DNA of 64,000 nucleotides from the NCBI RefSeq assembly GCF_058153355.1, contig NZ_CM177019.1; one strand, written 5' to 3'. Below the pieces are notes generated by a model. The model had not been told where the DNA came from and did not search any database. It saw only the letters and a program-made list of their open reading frames with translations. Positions 12,440-25,396 of the stretch are shown here, piece after piece; the stretch's first letter is position 1; every line of letters starts with the position of its first letter. Position numbers and translations under genes: made by a program.

Positions 12440-12686
12440 TACGTATCAACCAATCAATTGTGATGATTACGATAATCTTGAGCTCGCCTGCCAGCATCAT
12501 TTAATGCTAACACTTGAGCTGAAAGATGGCGAAAAACTGCAGGGGAAGGCCAGCGATTTAGTCTCCCGCAAAAATGTGGAATATCTGGTCGTCGAAGCTG
12601 ATGGCGAAACCCGCGAGCTACGTCTGGATAAAATTACCAGCTTTAGCCACCCGGAAATCGGTACGGTGGTGGTGAGCGAGTCCTGA
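12426..12686 (+). CDS. rof: Rho-binding antiterminator Rof
   Basis: 86-aa ORF (alternative start MNDTYQ at 12432 gives 84 aa) overlapping yaeP end; recognised as Rof (YaeO). Confidence 0.9.
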
Positions 12687-12689
12687 TTG

Positions 12690-12730
12690 ACTTTCGCCGG
12701 ATGCGACGTTTGATGCGTCTTATCCGGCTT
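12690..12730. repeat. REP-like palindromic element
   Basis: GCCGGATGCGACGTTTGATGCGTCTTATCCGGC, imperfect palindrome of REP type between convergent rof and tilS. Confidence 0.7.
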
Positions 12731-12738
12731 TCACTTAA

Positions 12739-14034
12739 CTAAGCGTTTCGCCGCCAGACAAAACTTACGCCATTCTCACCTTCAGCCACACCTTCTTGCG
12801 TCACAAATACCTCTGCCGCAGCAATCAGCGTTTCGCCATAAAACAGCAGTGGCGTGGTGTCACGCAACCACGGCGGTACGCCCAGTTCCTGCCAGATTTT
12901 CTTTAACTTACGCCCACCATTGCGCCCGACAATATGCAGCAATCCTGGCGCTTTGAAACGCACGCTGACCGCTTCGTCTGCACGCGGAGGGCGAATATCG
13001 CCTCCCGCAGTAAGCTGTACACTTCCCAGCGCCGCCGGTAATTCCAGCGGTTGTAACCACGTCTGCCACGGCACAATGGTTTCGCTTTGCCCAGTGACGG
13101 ATTTAATCCACCACAGTTGCGATTGATAGCGGCGGATTTCAACCCCCCCCAAACGTAAACAGGGGGAAGCATCTTCTCGCGCCAGCGCCACTTCCTGCCA
13201 GATCCTCACCAACGCGTCGCGGGAAGGCATCGGTGCATTCTGCCCTGCCAGCCAGCGGCGGATAATCGCCGCGCGACGGGCATCACTCATCGCCAGCATT
13301 GGCGCAATCTGCAACGTCCCCTGCGGCGTTTGACAGTGTGCTAAATCATCTGCCAGCAGTTCATCCAGCAGGCTCTCTTGCTCAGCACAAAGTGCGGCGC
13401 TGCGGGCCGTTGCTTCGGCAAAATGCGGCCAACGCTGCTGCAATAACGGCACAACGCGCAGGCGCAGGAAGTTACGATCGTATGAGTCGTCCTGATTACT
13501 TTCGTCTTCAATCCAACGTAAACCATGCGCCAACGCCCACTGCTCCAGTTCTCCCCGTGTGCGGGCGAGCAACGGGCGGATAAGCCGCGTTCCGGCAAAC
13601 TCCGAGACTTCCGCCATAGCCGAAAGCCCTGCAGGGCCGCTACCACGTTTTAACGCCAGCAGAAACGTTTCACATTGATCGTCGAGATGTTGCGCTGTAA
13701 CCAGCACTTCACCAGGTAACAGGGTACGAGCAAATGCCTGATAACGTGCCTGCCGCGCCTGAGCCTCAATACCTAGCCCCTCTTGCGCAAGTTGCACACG
13801 CTCAACCACCAGCGGCACCTGCCACTGGTGGCAGATGTTCTCGCAATGCATAACCCAGGCATCGGCATTGGCACTTAAACCGTGATGCACATGAATAGCG
13901 CGCAGGGTGACGCCCGGATTTTCCGTCCGCCACTGCACCAACTGATGCAGCAGAACGGTGGAGTCAAGCCCGCCGCTAAAGGCCACCAGAATCTGGCGTG
14001 AGATGAGAAGTTGTCTATTGAGAGTGAGTGTCAT
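12739..14034 (-). CDS. tilS: tRNA(Ile)-lysidine synthetase
   Basis: 431-aa ORF with PP-loop SGGLDS; recognised as TilS (MesJ). Confidence 0.95.
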   Translation of the reverse strand: MTLTLNRQLLISRQILVAFSGGLDSTVLLHQLVQWRTENPGVTLRAIHVHHGLSANADAWVMHCENICHQWQVPLVVERVQLAQEGLGIEAQARQARYQAFARTLLPGEVLVTAQHLDDQCETFLLALKRGSGPAGLSAMAEVSEFAGTRLIRPLLARTRGELEQWALAHGLRWIEDESNQDDSYDRNFLRLRVVPLLQQRWPHFAEATARSAALCAEQESLLDELLADDLAHCQTPQGTLQIAPMLAMSDARRAAIIRRWLAGQNAPMPSRDALVRIWQEVALAREDASPCLRLGGVEIRRYQSQLWWIKSVTGQSETIVPWQTWLQPLELPAALGSVQLTAGGDIRPPRADEAVSVRFKAPGLLHIVGRNGGRKLKKIWQELGVPPWLRDTTPLLFYGETLIAAAEVFVTQEGVAEGENGVSFVWRRNA

Positions 14035-14098
14035 GATGGTGCGATTTTACAGTAGCAATGCCCGGCACGTTACCGGGCAAATATGGCGATGACAAGCC

Positions 14099-14488
14099 TT
14101 ACTGCTCATACAGTTCCAACGGCAGTCCGTCCGGATCGTTAAAGAATGTGAAGCGCTTTTGCGTGTAGGGATCGACACGTATGGCTTCACATTTCACCTT
14201 ATGGCTTTCAAGATGCGCCACTGCCGCATCGATATCATCAACGCTAAAAGCCAGATGACGCAGGCCGCAAGCTTCCGGTCGGCTGGGGCGCTCCGGCGGG
14301 AACGGAAATGAGAAAAGCTCAATCACATATTGCCCATTAAGCGCCAAATCCCCTTTCCACGAATCGCGCGCTTCGCGATAGACTTCGCTTTGCAGCGTGA
14401 AACCGAGAATATCGCAGTAGAAAGCTTTGCTCACCGCATAATCCGTCGCAATAATCGCAATATGGTGAACCTGTTTTAAACCCAGCAT
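14099..14488 (-). CDS. yaeR: VOC/glyoxalase-family protein YaeR
   Basis: ORF track 14099-14515; recognised YaeR starts MLGLKQVHHIAII (129 aa). Confidence 0.85.
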   Translation of the reverse strand: MLGLKQVHHIAIIATDYAVSKAFYCDILGFTLQSEVYREARDSWKGDLALNGQYVIELFSFPFPPERPSRPEACGLRHLAFSVDDIDAAVAHLESHKVKCEAIRVDPYTQKRFTFFNDPDGLPLELYEQ

Positions 14489-14544
14489 AACGTCTCCTTT
14501 ATTTGTTAACAGCACGTTACTCGCCCGGAAGCCGCTCTGGCAAG

Positions 14545-16686
14545 TTATCCCGCCATTTTTAGGACTCGTACGCGGTAAACGCCACCTTCGTCCTGTTTCG
14601 CGCCGTGAATATCCGTTTCAAAGCCGGGGTAGCGCTGGCCCACTGAACAGAGCATCAGCAGAAAATCGAGTACCGTGCGGCTCTCCTCGGTCAGCATTTC
14701 TCCTGGCATCAGTAGCGGTACGCCAGGCGGATAAGGCAGGATCATATTTGCCGATACTCTACCGACCAGTTGTTCCAGCGCAATGGTTTCTACTTCGCCT
14801 TTAATCTGCCGTTGCCAGGCCTGATGTGGCGTCATGATCATCTCCGGCAAAGTATCAAATGCCCGCAACATCAAACCGGGAAGATCGTGTTTACGAATCA
14901 GCTTATGGATGCCTTGCGCCAGATCCTGAATACGCATATTGCGATAAAAATCGGGATCTTCTGCATAGAGATCGGGCAGCATATTTTTGATCCGCAGGTT
15001 GAGATCGTAAGAGCGCTTAAATTCCGTCAACCCACGCAATAATCCCATTGCTTTGGTTTTATCGATGCCAATACTAAAGAGAAACAGCAGGTTATAAGGG
15101 CCGGTTTTCTCTACTACGATCCCACGTTCGTCGAGGAATTTTGCCACCAGCGCCGCCGGGATCCCCTCATCGCTCATATTGCCCTGCTCGTCCATCCCCG
15201 GTGTCAAAATAGTGACTTTAACCGGATCGAGAAACATATGATCGGCATCCGCATCGTTAAAGCCGTGCCACTGTTCGCCAGGCGCAACGGGCCAGCATTC
15301 GGCTTCATCCACCTGCGGCGGTTGCCAGATATCGAAAAACCAGCCGTCAGACTCTTCCCGCAGCCGCTGGACCTCTTTGCGAAAATGCAGCGCTCGTTCT
15401 ACTGAACGGTTAATCAGCCGTTTGCCCGGATTACCACGCAGCATCGCCGCCGCTGTCTCAACCGAAGCAACAATGGGATAACTGGGCGAAGTGGTGGTAT
15501 GCATCATAAAGGCTTCATTAAACGCCTCTTCGTCGTACTCACCTTTAATGTGGATCAGTGATGCCTGCGACAACGCCGCCAGCATTTTGTGGGTCGATTG
15601 CGTTTCGAAGAAAACTTTTCCTGCCACCCGATCGCCACTCATACCACTTTTGCCCTGATAGATCGGATGAAAATGAGTATACGGGACCCAGGCGGAATCG
15701 AAGTGGATCGAGGGGACATCCAGCGTCTGTTTGATCCAGTCGGTGTTGTAGAGCAAGCCATCATAGGTTGAGTTGGTGATCACCGCATGAACCGGCCATT
15801 GTGCCTGCGTGGTAGCAGCGACTTTCTCTTCGATACTGTCGCGGGTAAATTCTCGTCGCGGGATCCCGCCCAAAATACCCAACGCATTACGTGTTGGTTT
15901 TAGCCAGACCGGCACTACATCGTTCATCATCAACAGATGCGCCAGCGATTTATGACAATTGCGGTCAATTAACAGCGTACTGCCGGATGGCGCGGCGTAC
16001 ATACCCACAATTTTGTTCGACGTCGATGTTCCGTTGGTGACAATATAACTCTGTTCCGCGCCGAAAGTCCGTGCGATGTACTCTTCCGCTTCCAGATGTG
16101 GCCCGGTGTGGTCGAGCAACGAACCTAGCTCGGTTACCGAAATAGAGACGTCCGCCTTGAGGGTATTCCCGCCGAAAAAATCATAAAACAGACAGCCTAC
16201 CGGGCTTTTCTGATACGCGGTGCCGCCCATATGCCCCGGCGTACAAAAGGTGTACTTCCGCTCTTTGACATAAGTAAACAAGGCTTTAGTGAATGGCGGG
16301 GTAATGTTATCGAGATATTCGTTGGTGTACTGACGCATACGAATGGCGATATCTTCTGCCTGCCCCAGCGCATATTCAAAGAACCAGAGCGCCATCCGCA
16401 TATCCTGCACGCTGACATCCATCGTCGAGTGAGTATTGATGAAGGCATAAAGCGGGAGATATTCATTAAGTTGATTGATATCGCTACATAAATCGAGACT
16501 GTATTCATCCCAGTCAAAAATCACGCCGCATATTCGTGGGTTGTGTTCGATAAATTTCAGCAAATCAACGCTGTTTTGTGGCCAGATAATCTGAAAACCT
16601 TGCGCCACCAGCGCCGACTCCAGTTCTTTGATGGGCTCATCTTTATAAAAGACGCCATGCGGTCCCATAATGGCAATGATATTCAT
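14545..16686 (-). CDS. ldcC: lysine decarboxylase, constitutive
   Basis: 713-aa ORF, PLP-dependent Orn/Lys/Arg decarboxylase family; recognised as LdcC. Confidence 0.95.
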   Translation of the reverse strand: MNIIAIMGPHGVFYKDEPIKELESALVAQGFQIIWPQNSVDLLKFIEHNPRICGVIFDWDEYSLDLCSDINQLNEYLPLYAFINTHSTMDVSVQDMRMALWFFEYALGQAEDIAIRMRQYTNEYLDNITPPFTKALFTYVKERKYTFCTPGHMGGTAYQKSPVGCLFYDFFGGNTLKADVSISVTELGSLLDHTGPHLEAEEYIARTFGAEQSYIVTNGTSTSNKIVGMYAAPSGSTLLIDRNCHKSLAHLLMMNDVVPVWLKPTRNALGILGGIPRREFTRDSIEEKVAATTQAQWPVHAVITNSTYDGLLYNTDWIKQTLDVPSIHFDSAWVPYTHFHPIYQGKSGMSGDRVAGKVFFETQSTHKMLAALSQASLIHIKGEYDEEAFNEAFMMHTTTSPSYPIVASVETAAAMLRGNPGKRLINRSVERALHFRKEVQRLREESDGWFFDIWQPPQVDEAECWPVAPGEQWHGFNDADADHMFLDPVKVTILTPGMDEQGNMSDEGIPAALVAKFLDERGIVVEKTGPYNLLFLFSIGIDKTKAMGLLRGLTEFKRSYDLNLRIKNMLPDLYAEDPDFYRNMRIQDLAQGIHKLIRKHDLPGLMLRAFDTLPEMIMTPHQAWQRQIKGEVETIALEQLVGRVSANMILPYPPGVPLLMPGEMLTEESRTVLDFLLMLCSVGQRYPGFETDIHGAKQDEGGVYRVRVLKMAG

Positions 16687-16740
16687 GTGTTCCTCCTGGA
16701 AAATCCTTCCTTAATCATAGCCCGCTCAAACCATGGCGAT

Positions 16741-16770
16741 AAAAAAGGGCCACCGAAGTGACCCTTTTCA
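16741..16770 (-). terminator. Rho-independent terminator after accA
   Basis: Minus strand reads GGGTCACttcgGTGGCCC followed by TTTTTT; plus strand has A-run then T-run, so possibly bidirectional. Confidence 0.75.
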
Positions 16771-16783
16771 GAACATTTGCTGA

Positions 16784-17743
16784 TTACGCGTAGCCGTAGC
16801 TCATCAGGCGCTGATAACGACGATTTTTTAAATCTTCAGTACTTAACACGTCGAGATCGGCCAGATCCGCCAGCAGTTGCGCTTTCAGAGACGCCGCCAT
16901 CGCTTCCGGGTTACGGTGAGCGCCGCCCAGCGGTTCCGGGATGATGGAGTCAATCAGTTTCAGTTCTTTCAAACGCGGAGCGATGATCCCCATCGCTTCA
17001 GCCGCCAGCGGTGCTTTGTCGGCGCTCTTCCACAGAATGGACGCGCAACCTTCCGGCGAAATAACGGAATAGGTGCTGTATTGCAGCATATTCACTTTAT
17101 CGCCCACGCCAATCGCCAGTGCGCCGCCAGAACCACCTTCACCGATAACGGTGCAAATAGTCGGTACGCTAAGGCGAGACATTTCACGCAGGTTGCGTGC
17201 AATGGCTTCAGACTGACCGCGTTCTTCTGCGCCCACGCCCGGATAAGCCCCCGGGGTGTCGATAAAGGTGATGATTGGCATCTTAAAGCGTTCAGCCATT
17301 TGCATCAGACGCAGTGCTTTGCGGTAACCTTCTGGCGCTGGCATACCAAAGTTACGGCGAATTTTTTCTTTGGTTTCACGACCTTTTTGATGACCAATGA
17401 TCATCACCGGACGACCATCGAGACGGGCGATACCCCCGACGATAGCTTTATCGTCTGCATACGCGCGGTCGCCAGCCAGTTCGTCAAATTCATCAAAGGC
17501 CAGGCGAACGTAATCCAGGGTATAAGGACGCTGTGGATGGCGTGCCAGTTGCGCAATCTGCCATGCACCGAGATCGGCGAAGATTTTACGCGTCAGTTCT
17601 ACGCTTTTTTCACGCAGACGATGCACTTCTTCATCGATATTAATATCCAGTTTCTCATCCTGGCGGCTAACCGCAGTCAGAGAATCGATTTTCGCTTCCA
17701 GCTCTGCAATCGGCTGTTCAAAATCAAGGAAATTCAGACTCAT
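16784..17743 (-). CDS. accA: acetyl-CoA carboxylase carboxyltransferase alpha subunit
   Basis: 319-aa ORF; recognised as AccA. Confidence 0.96.
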
Positions 17744-17755
17744 AGTATTCCTGTA

Positions 17756-20700
17756 TTAGTCAAACTCCAGTTCCACCTGCTCCGAACCAATGAGGCCACG
17801 GAGATCGTTTAATAAACGATCGCTCGGAGAGACACGCCAAGTCGCGCCAAAACGCAACCGCGCGCGTGCATCCGCCCTCTGATAGTAGAGATGTACTGGA
17901 ATTGTCCCAGAGCGGTGGGGTTCCAGAGACTGACGGAGTCGGTTTAAAAGCTGGTCATCAATTTGCCTGTCCGTCAGCGAGATAGCAAGCCCGCGAGCAT
18001 ATTTTTCCCGGGCTTCGTCAATATCCATCACTTCGCGAGCGGTCATTTTAAGCCCACCGCTGAAGTCATCAAAGCTGACCTGTCCGCTGACGATAAGTAT
18101 GCGGTCTTTTTCCAGCAATTGCTGGTATTTATCCAGGGCGTCAGTAAACAACATCACTTCCAGCCGCCCGGAACGGTCATCCAGCGTGCAGATACCGATA
18201 CGATTGCCGCGCTTGGTGACCATAACCCGCGCAGCAACAACGAGCCCCGCAGCCGTGGTGACTTTACCACGTTCTGTCGGGTGCATGTCTTTCAGCCTTA
18301 CGCCTCCGACATAACGCTCAATCTCTTTTAAATACTGGTTGATAGGGTGTCCCGTCAGGTACAGACCTAACGTTTCACGTTCCCCATCTAACACCACCTG
18401 CTCCGGCCACGGTTGGCAACTGGCGTAGGATTGTTCAATTTGTTCCGGCTCTTCTGCCAGCACGCCGAACATATCAGCCTGACCGATGGCTTCTGCTTTC
18501 GCGTGTTGATCAGCCGCCTTTAACGCATCGCCCAGCGAGTTCATCAGCGCCGCACGGTGTGGCCCAAGACGGTCAAACGCCCCGGACATGATCAGTTTTT
18601 CCAGCACTCGCCGGTTTAACTTTTTGGTGTCTGTACGGGCGCAGAGATCAAACAGTTCACGGAAATAGCCGCCTTTATTACGGGCTTCGATGATCGCCTC
18701 AATCGGACCTTCACCTACCCCTTTGATCGCGCCAATACCATACACGATTTCGCCGTCGTCGTTGACGTGGAAATGGTAAAGACCGGAGTTTATATCTGGT
18801 GGCAGGATTTTCAGCCCCATCCGCCAGCACTCATCCACCAGGCCCACCACCTTCTCGGTGTTGTCCATATCGGCGGTCATTACTGCCGCCATAAACTCCG
18901 CTGGATAGTGCGCTTTCAGCCATAACGTTTGATATGAAACCAAAGCATAGGCCGCAGAGTGCGATTTGTTAAATCCGTAACCAGCGAATTTCTCCACCAG
19001 GTCGAAGATTTTCATCGCCAGTTCGGCGTTGATCCCGTTCTTTTCTGCGCCTTCAGCAAATACAGAACGCTGCTTGGCCATCTCTTCCGGCTTTTTCTTA
19101 CCCATCGCACGACGCAGCATATCCGCGCCACCGAGGGTATAACCAGAAAGCACCTGGGCAATCTGCATGACCTGTTCCTGATACAGGATAATGCCGTAGG
19201 TTGGCTCCAGTACCGGTTTCAGGCTTTCATGCTGCCACTGCACATCCGGATAGGAGATCTCTTCGCGACCATGTTTACGGTCGATAAAGTTATCCACCAT
19301 CCCTGATTGCAACGGACCGGGACGGAATAGCGCCACCAGTGCGATCATATCTTCGAAGCAGTCAGGTTGCAGACGTTTGATCAGGTCCTTCATGCCGCGC
19401 GATTCAAGCTGGAACACCGCCGTGGTTTCCGAGCGTTGCAGCATATCGAAACTTTTCTTGTCATCCAGCGGGATAGCGGCGATATCCAGCGGCGGCTCAC
19501 CATTCTTCGCCCGCCGTTTGTTAATCATCTCCAGCGCCCAGTTGATGATGGTGAGCGTACGCAGGCCGAGGAAGTCGAACTTCACCAGCCCGGCGTATTC
19601 AACGTCGCTTTTATCAAACTGGGTGACCGGATGTTTGCCCTCTTCATCGCAATAAAGCGGCGCAAAATCGGTAATTTTGGTCGGCGCGATAACCACCCCA
19701 CCGGCGTGCTTACCAGCGTTACGGGTGACCCCTTCCAGTTTGCGCGCCATGTCGATCAGCGCCTTAACTTCTTCGTCCGCTTCGTAGATTTCCGGCAGTT
19801 GCGGCTCGGCTTCAAACGCTTTCGCCAGCGTCATCCCCGGATCGGGCGGGATCAGTTTCGAGATACGATCGACAAAGCCGTACGGATGCCCCAGCACGCG
19901 GCCTACGTCGCGGATCACCGCTTTTGCCGCCATTGTACCGAAGGTGATGATCTGCGATACCGCATCACGGCCGTACATATCTGCCACGTGTTCGATAACC
20001 TGGTCGCGTTTTTCCATACAGAAGTCAACGTCGAAGTCAGGCATGGAGACACGTTCCGGGTTAAGGAAACGTTCGAACAGCAGGTCAAATTCCAACGGAT
20101 CGAGGTCGGTGATTTTTAACGCGTAAGCCACCAGTGACCCTGCACCAGAACCACGGCCTGGCCCTACCGGTACGCCGTTATCTTTCGACCACTGGATAAA
20201 TTCCATAACGATGAGGAAGTAACCCGGGAAGCCCATCTGGTTGATAACCTGAAGTTCAGTATCCAGACGCTCGTCATACTCCGGGCGACGCTTAAGACGT
20301 TCTTCCTCGTCAGGGAATAAAAATGCCAGACGCTCTTCCAGGCCTTCTTTTGCACGCTTGACCAGATAATCTTCGGTGCTCATGTCCCCGGTCGGGAACT
20401 GCGGCAGGAAGTATTCACCCAGACGCACAGTCACGTTACAGCGTTTGGCGATCTCAACAGTGTTGGCAAGGGCTTCGGGGATGTCGGCAAACAGCTCGCA
20501 CATCTCCTCTTCGCTGCGCATATATTGCTGCGGCGAATAATTACGCGGGCGTTTGGGATCGTCGAGAGTAAAGCCGTCATGGATCGCGACGCGGATTTCG
20601 TGCGCGTCAAAGTCACTGCTGTCGATAAAGCGCACGTCATTGGTCGCCACGACGGGCAAACCGCGCGCTTCCGCCAGTTCCACTGCCGCGTGCAGATAAC

Positions 20701-21238
20701 TTTCTTCGTCCGGCCTGCCGGTTCGGATCAGCTCGAGAAAATAGCGATCCGGGAAGTGCTCTTCATAAAACGCAACGCACTCATCTACCAGCGCGCTGTT
20801 ACCACGCAAAAGACTGCGCCCGACGTCGCCCATGCGCCCGCCGGAAAGGAGGATCAGCCCTTCGTTTAATTCGATAAGCCAGTCGCGATCGATGATCGGC
20901 CCGGCGGCACCGTACCCGCGCTGATACGCTTTTGAGATCAGCAACGTCAGATTCTGATAGCCGATATTGTTCGCCGCCAGCACCGTCAGGTGGGTTAACT
21001 CATCACCCAGCAGGTCGCACTGGACATTAAAATCTGCCCCGACGATGGGCTTAATCCCTGCGCCATGTCCCGCTCCGTAGAACTTCACCAGACCGCAAAG
21101 GTTGGTGAAATCGGTGATCGCCAGTGCTGGCATACCCAACGCCGCCGCCTTTTTTACCAGCGGCGCGGTTTTGGCCAGGCCATCGATCATCGAGTAGTCG
21201 CTGTGCACCCGCAGGTGTACGAAACGTGGTTCAGACAT
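17756..21238 (-). CDS. dnaE: DNA polymerase III alpha subunit
   Basis: 1160-aa ORF with PHP domain and polymerase core; recognised as DnaE. Confidence 0.97.
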   Translation of the reverse strand: MSEPRFVHLRVHSDYSMIDGLAKTAPLVKKAAALGMPALAITDFTNLCGLVKFYGAGHGAGIKPIVGADFNVQCDLLGDELTHLTVLAANNIGYQNLTLLISKAYQRGYGAAGPIIDRDWLIELNEGLILLSGGRMGDVGRSLLRGNSALVDECVAFYEEHFPDRYFLELIRTGRPDEESYLHAAVELAEARGLPVVATNDVRFIDSSDFDAHEIRVAIHDGFTLDDPKRPRNYSPQQYMRSEEEMCELFADIPEALANTVEIAKRCNVTVRLGEYFLPQFPTGDMSTEDYLVKRAKEGLEERLAFLFPDEEERLKRRPEYDERLDTELQVINQMGFPGYFLIVMEFIQWSKDNGVPVGPGRGSGAGSLVAYALKITDLDPLEFDLLFERFLNPERVSMPDFDVDFCMEKRDQVIEHVADMYGRDAVSQIITFGTMAAKAVIRDVGRVLGHPYGFVDRISKLIPPDPGMTLAKAFEAEPQLPEIYEADEEVKALIDMARKLEGVTRNAGKHAGGVVIAPTKITDFAPLYCDEEGKHPVTQFDKSDVEYAGLVKFDFLGLRTLTIINWALEMINKRRAKNGEPPLDIAAIPLDDKKSFDMLQRSETTAVFQLESRGMKDLIKRLQPDCFEDMIALVALFRPGPLQSGMVDNFIDRKHGREEISYPDVQWQHESLKPVLEPTYGIILYQEQVMQIAQVLSGYTLGGADMLRRAMGKKKPEEMAKQRSVFAEGAEKNGINAELAMKIFDLVEKFAGYGFNKSHSAAYALVSYQTLWLKAHYPAEFMAAVMTADMDNTEKVVGLVDECWRMGLKILPPDINSGLYHFHVNDDGEIVYGIGAIKGVGEGPIEAIIEARNKGGYFRELFDLCARTDTKKLNRRVLEKLIMSGAFDRLGPHRAALMNSLGDALKAADQHAKAEAIGQADMFGVLAEEPEQIEQSYASCQPWPEQVVLDGERETLGLYLTGHPINQYLKEIERYVGGVRLKDMHPTERGKVTTAAGLVVAARVMVTKRGNRIGICTLDDRSGRLEVMLFTDALDKYQQLLEKDRILIVSGQVSFDDFSGGLKMTAREVMDIDEAREKYARGLAISLTDRQIDDQLLNRLRQSLEPHRSGTIPVHLYYQRADARARLRFGATWRVSPSDRLLNDLRGLIGSEQVELEFD

Positions 21239-21274
21239 CTTCAGATTCCGGTTTACTTAATCTCGACACAAGAA

Positions 21275-21871
21275 TCAGGACGCAAGTCCCAGTGCGCGTT
21301 TGACAGGCCCAAAGCTGCGACGATGATGTTCAGTCGCGCCATATTCAGCCAGTTTTTCCAGATGAAAAGCGGTTGGATACCCTTTGTGCTGGGCAAAACC
21401 ATATTGCGGGAAAACAATATCCAGCGCCGCCATTTCAGCGTCGCGCGTCACTTTCGCCAAGATAGACGCAGCACTGATTTCCGGCACACGACTGTCGCCT
21501 TTCACCACTGCCATCGAAGGCATCGGTAATTTTGGGCAGCGGTTACCATCAATCAACACATATTCTGGCGCAATATGCAGCCCCGCGACGGCGCGCTGCA
21601 TCGCCAGCATGGTCGCATGAAGAATGTTCAGTTCGTCGATTTCGTGGGGTTCCGCGCGGCCCAGACTCCAGCTTAACGCTTTCTCTTTGATCTCTTCACA
21701 GAGCGCCAGACGGCGTTTTTCGCTCAGCTTTTTGGAATCATTCAGCCCGGCAATCGGGCGCGCCGGGTCAAGGATTACAGCAGCGGTAACCACCGCGCCA
21801 ACCAACGGCCCGCGTCCGACTTCATCCACACCCGCAACCAGCTGCGTGTGTGGATAAACAAATTCGATCAT
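21275..21871 (-). CDS. rnhB: ribonuclease HII
   Basis: 198-aa ORF with DEVGRGPL motif; recognised as RnhB. Confidence 0.96.
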   Translation of the reverse strand: MIEFVYPHTQLVAGVDEVGRGPLVGAVVTAAVILDPARPIAGLNDSKKLSEKRRLALCEEIKEKALSWSLGRAEPHEIDELNILHATMLAMQRAVAGLHIAPEYVLIDGNRCPKLPMPSMAVVKGDSRVPEISAASILAKVTRDAEMAALDIVFPQYGFAQHKGYPTAFHLEKLAEYGATEHHRRSFGPVKRALGLAS

Positions 21872-23016
21872 TGTGCTAACTCCAGAACGGCTTGTGCCGC
21901 CTGCTCATCGGCATTGCAGCGGATCTGCTGATGCAGTTCACGGAAGGTATCGTGCATCGCGTGACTGGTTTTCCCATTCGCCAACAGCGGTAACAGCGCC
22001 GCAGCCAGTTTTTGCGGCTCACACTCTTCCTGCAATAACTCTTTGACTAACTCTCTGCCCGCCAGCAAATTTGGCAGCGAGACATACTCGGTTTTCACCA
22101 GCCGCTTCGCCAGCCAGAAGGTAAAAGGCTTCATGCGATATCCCACCACCATCGGGCATTTCGCCAGCATGCACTCCAGGGCTGCCGTACCCGACGCCAG
22201 TAGCGCCGCATCACTGGCGACCATCGCCTCACGGCCCATTCCATCCAGCAGATGAACAGCAAGGTCCGGTGCGACTTCAGCTTTGATACGCTCAAACTGC
22301 TCGCGGCGTTTGGCATTCACCAGCGGCACCACGATCTCGAGATCGGGATATGTCTGACGCAAAAGCTGGGCCGTTTTCAGGAAATCGGCACTCAGCATCT
22401 CCACTTCCGCACCACGGCTTCCCGGCAGCAACGCAAGACAGTGAGCATCGTGAGGGATCCCCAGCACATCACGCGCGGCGTTTTTATCTGGATCTAACGG
22501 CATGGCATCAGCCATGGTGTGACCGATAAAACGGCACGGCACGTTGTATTTGTCATAAAACGCTTTTTCGAAAGGCAGAAATGCGAGCACCAGATCAGTG
22601 GCTCTGCCTATTTTGAAAACGCGTTTCTGTCGCCACGCCCAGACGGACGGACTGACGTAATGAATGGTTTTGATACCCTGCTTTTTAAGATTACCTTCGA
22701 GGGTAATATTGAAGTCAGGTGCATCAATGCCGACAAAAACATCTGGCTTCAGTTCGCCAAAACGCTTTGTCAGATCGGCACGAATATGCAGTAAGCGACG
22801 CAGACGACCGAGCACTTCAACAATGCCCATCACCGCCAACTCTTCCATTTCGTACCAGGCTTCGCAGCCTTCGGCCTGCATTCGTGGCCCGGCAACGCCA
22901 ACAAAGCGGGCGTTGGGCACTCGTTCTTTCAGAGCACGGATTAAACCGGCCCCCAGGATATCGCCGGAGGTTTCTCCGGCGACCAGGGCAATCGTTAATG
23001 GACGCTGTTCAGTCAT
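21868..23016 (-). CDS. lpxB: lipid-A-disaccharide synthase
   Basis: 382-aa ORF; recognised as LpxB; overlaps rnhB start by 4 bp. Confidence 0.96.
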   Translation of the reverse strand: MTEQRPLTIALVAGETSGDILGAGLIRALKERVPNARFVGVAGPRMQAEGCEAWYEMEELAVMGIVEVLGRLRRLLHIRADLTKRFGELKPDVFVGIDAPDFNITLEGNLKKQGIKTIHYVSPSVWAWRQKRVFKIGRATDLVLAFLPFEKAFYDKYNVPCRFIGHTMADAMPLDPDKNAARDVLGIPHDAHCLALLPGSRGAEVEMLSADFLKTAQLLRQTYPDLEIVVPLVNAKRREQFERIKAEVAPDLAVHLLDGMGREAMVASDAALLASGTAALECMLAKCPMVVGYRMKPFTFWLAKRLVKTEYVSLPNLLAGRELVKELLQEECEPQKLAAALLPLLANGKTSHAMHDTFRELHQQIRCNADEQAAQAVLELAQ

Positions 23017-23804
23017 TAACGAATCAGACCGCGCGTTGAGCGTGCAAAGAAATCGGTAAAGGCTTTTACTTCCGGATATGTTTCCGCCAGTTCGGCAATT
23101 TCCGGTTTCACTTCATCGAGCGTTTTACCGCTGCGATAAATCAGCTTATACGCATTGCGGATAGCGGTAATCGCCTCACGGCTGAATCCGCGGCGCTTCA
23201 GCCCTTCGATGTTGACACCGAACGGCGTTGCGTGGTTACCCTGCGCAATGACATAAGGAGGGACGTCCTGCGCCACACCGGAACAACCGCCAACCATCAC
23301 GTGTGCACCAATGATGCAGAACTGATGGACTGCGGTCATGCCGCCGATGATCGCGAAGTCGTCTACCGATACATGACCCGCCAGCGTTGCGTTGTTGGCG
23401 AGGATGCAGCGGTTACCTACCGTACAATCGTGCGCAATGTGCGCGTTGATCATCAGTAAGTTGTCGCTGCCCACCTTCGTCAATCCACCGCCCTGGACTG
23501 TGCCACGATGAATGGTGACGCTTTCGCGAATGCGGTTACGATCGCCGATTTCCACACGGGTCGGTTCGCCAGCATATTTAAGATCCTGGTTGACTTCGCC
23601 GATGGAGGCGAACTGATAAATCTCATTGTCACGGCCAATTTTAGTATGACCATTCACGACAACGTGAGATTTCAGTACGGTACCCTCACCAATTTCGACA
23701 TGGGGTCCAACGATACAAAAAGGACCAATGTGAGCATTGGCGGCAATCGATGCGCCCTCTTCCACAATGGCGGTTGGATGCACAAAGGCGGATTTATCAA
23801 TCAC
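23016..23804 (-). CDS. lpxA: UDP-N-acetylglucosamine acyltransferase
   Basis: 262-aa ORF with hexapeptide repeats; recognised as LpxA; 1-bp overlap with lpxB. Confidence 0.96.
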   Translation of the reverse strand: MIDKSAFVHPTAIVEEGASIAANAHIGPFCIVGPHVEIGEGTVLKSHVVVNGHTKIGRDNEIYQFASIGEVNQDLKYAGEPTRVEIGDRNRIRESVTIHRGTVQGGGLTKVGSDNLLMINAHIAHDCTVGNRCILANNATLAGHVSVDDFAIIGGMTAVHQFCIIGAHVMVGGCSGVAQDVPPYVIAQGNHATPFGVNIEGLKRRGFSREAITAIRNAYKLIYRSGKTLDEVKPEIAELAETYPEVKAFTDFFARSTRGLIR

Positions 23805-23807
23805 GTA

Positions 23808-24263
23808 TCAGGCCTCCCGGCTACGAGCACACATCATCGTTGCTTCGCAAACTACTTTACCGTCGACCAGAGCAACCCCTTTAAAACGGGTCAGGCCGCG
23901 GCGCGTTTTTTCGAAAGTGACTTCCATGATCATTTGATCGCCTGGCACGACCGGGCGCTTGAAGCGCGCTTCGTCAATACCGGCGAAGTAGTACAGCTCG
24001 CCCGGTTCCAGTTTTCCTACGCTCTTAAACGCCAGAATACCTGTTGCCTGTGCCATTGCTTCCAGAATAAGCACACCCGGGAAAATCGGTTTTCCAGGAA
24101 AATGGCCCTGGAAGAATGGCTCATTGACAGAGACATTTTTTACTGCGCGCAGAAAACGACCTTCTTCAAAATCCAGCACGCGATCCACCAGTAAGAACGG
24201 GAAACGGTGCGGCAGAAGTTCTAAAATCTCTTCAATCTGCAGAGTATGAGTGTTAGTAGTCAA
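23808..24263 (-). CDS. fabZ: 3-hydroxyacyl-ACP dehydratase FabZ
   Basis: ORF track extends to 24356; recognised FabZ starts (M)[22 protein letters not shown] from a TTG codon at 24261-24263 (151 aa). Confidence 0.9.
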
Positions 24264-24367
24264 GATACTCTTCCTGTCAAAATATAAGAAACGACAATAA
24301 TAACACGGCCTGCCGCAATCGTAAGAATGAGACAGGCCGTAAAGTTTGGCGAACAAAAGATGGAACG

Positions 24368-25393
24368 TTAGTCTTGTTGATTAACCTTGCGCTCAAGCGA
24401 TTTCAAACGCTTGCTCATGTCATCAATGTTCATCACCAGTGCAGCGGTTTTGCGCCAGACTTTGTTGGGTTGCAGCGGAATGCCTGAGGAATAGACGCCT
24501 GGTTCAGTGATGGGACGCATCACCATACCCATGCCCGTAACCGTCACTTTGTCGCATATTTCCATATGCCCGTTGATTACGCTGGCTCCGCCGATCATGC
24601 AGTAACGACCAATTTTCAGGCTTCCCGCCATAATGACGCCACCGGCAACCGCCGTATTGTCGCCAATCACGACGTTATGTGCAATCTGGCACTGGTTATC
24701 AATGATCACACCATTGCCAATAACAGTGTCATCCAGCGCGCCGCGATCGATGGTAGTACATGCGCCGATCTCCACGCGATCGCCAATAATTACGCGACCA
24801 ATCTGCGGGATCTTCACCCAGTTACCCCGATCGTTGGCATAACCAAAGCCGTCTGCGCCTACCACTGTTCCGGACTGGATCAGGCAATTCTGACCGATCT
24901 GGATCTCATGGTAAATGGTTACGTTCGCCCAGAGACGCGAACCTGCACCTATTTTGCTGTTTTTACCTACGAAGCAACCGGCACCGATAATCACGTTATC
25001 GCCCAGTTCAACGCCGGACTCAATCACCGCGTTAGCGCCAATCGATACGTTGTTACCCAGCTTCGCCGTCGCGTCGATCACCGCACTGGGTGCAATGTTC
25101 TGCGCGGGCTGCGGCGTGGTATCTAAAATTTGCGCCATGCGCGCGTAAGTCAGGTAGGGGTTCTTCACTACCAGCGCGGCACTTTTCGCGAAAGGAAGAT
25201 CGTCCTGGGTCATGACAACCGCGGACGCCTGGCACAAGCCTAAATGCTCACGGTATTTTGGGTTAACCATGAACGTGATGTGACCTGTTTGTGCAGATTG
25301 CATGGACGCAACGCCGGTGATGACGATATCGCCATCACCGTGTAGTTCTGCATCCAACTGCTGCGCTAAATCAGCCAGTCGAATTGAAGGCAT
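24368..25393 (-). CDS. lpxD: UDP-3-O-(3-hydroxymyristoyl)glucosamine N-acyltransferase
   Basis: 341-aa ORF with hexapeptide-repeat left-handed beta-helix; recognised as LpxD. Confidence 0.96.
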
Positions 25394-25396
25394 TAC

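Noticed and set aside
16877-17812. Long antisense ORFs opposite real genes, for example 311 aa opposite accA, 250 aa opposite dnaE (19367-20119), 326 aa opposite tsf (34761-35741), 228 aa opposite lpxA/fabZ (23508-24194), 232 aa opposite proS (7841-8539) and 219 aa opposite dapD (40426-41085)
   Set aside because: Their translations are low-complexity and Arg/His/Cys-rich with no recognisable domains; long stop-free antisense frames are a normal by-product of codon bias. The sense-strand genes are confidently identified.
23016-25393. Periodic internal repeats in lpxA and lpxD DNA
   Set aside because: These reflect the hexapeptide-repeat (left-handed beta-helix) protein fold of the acyltransferases rather than tandem DNA repeats or mobile sequence.
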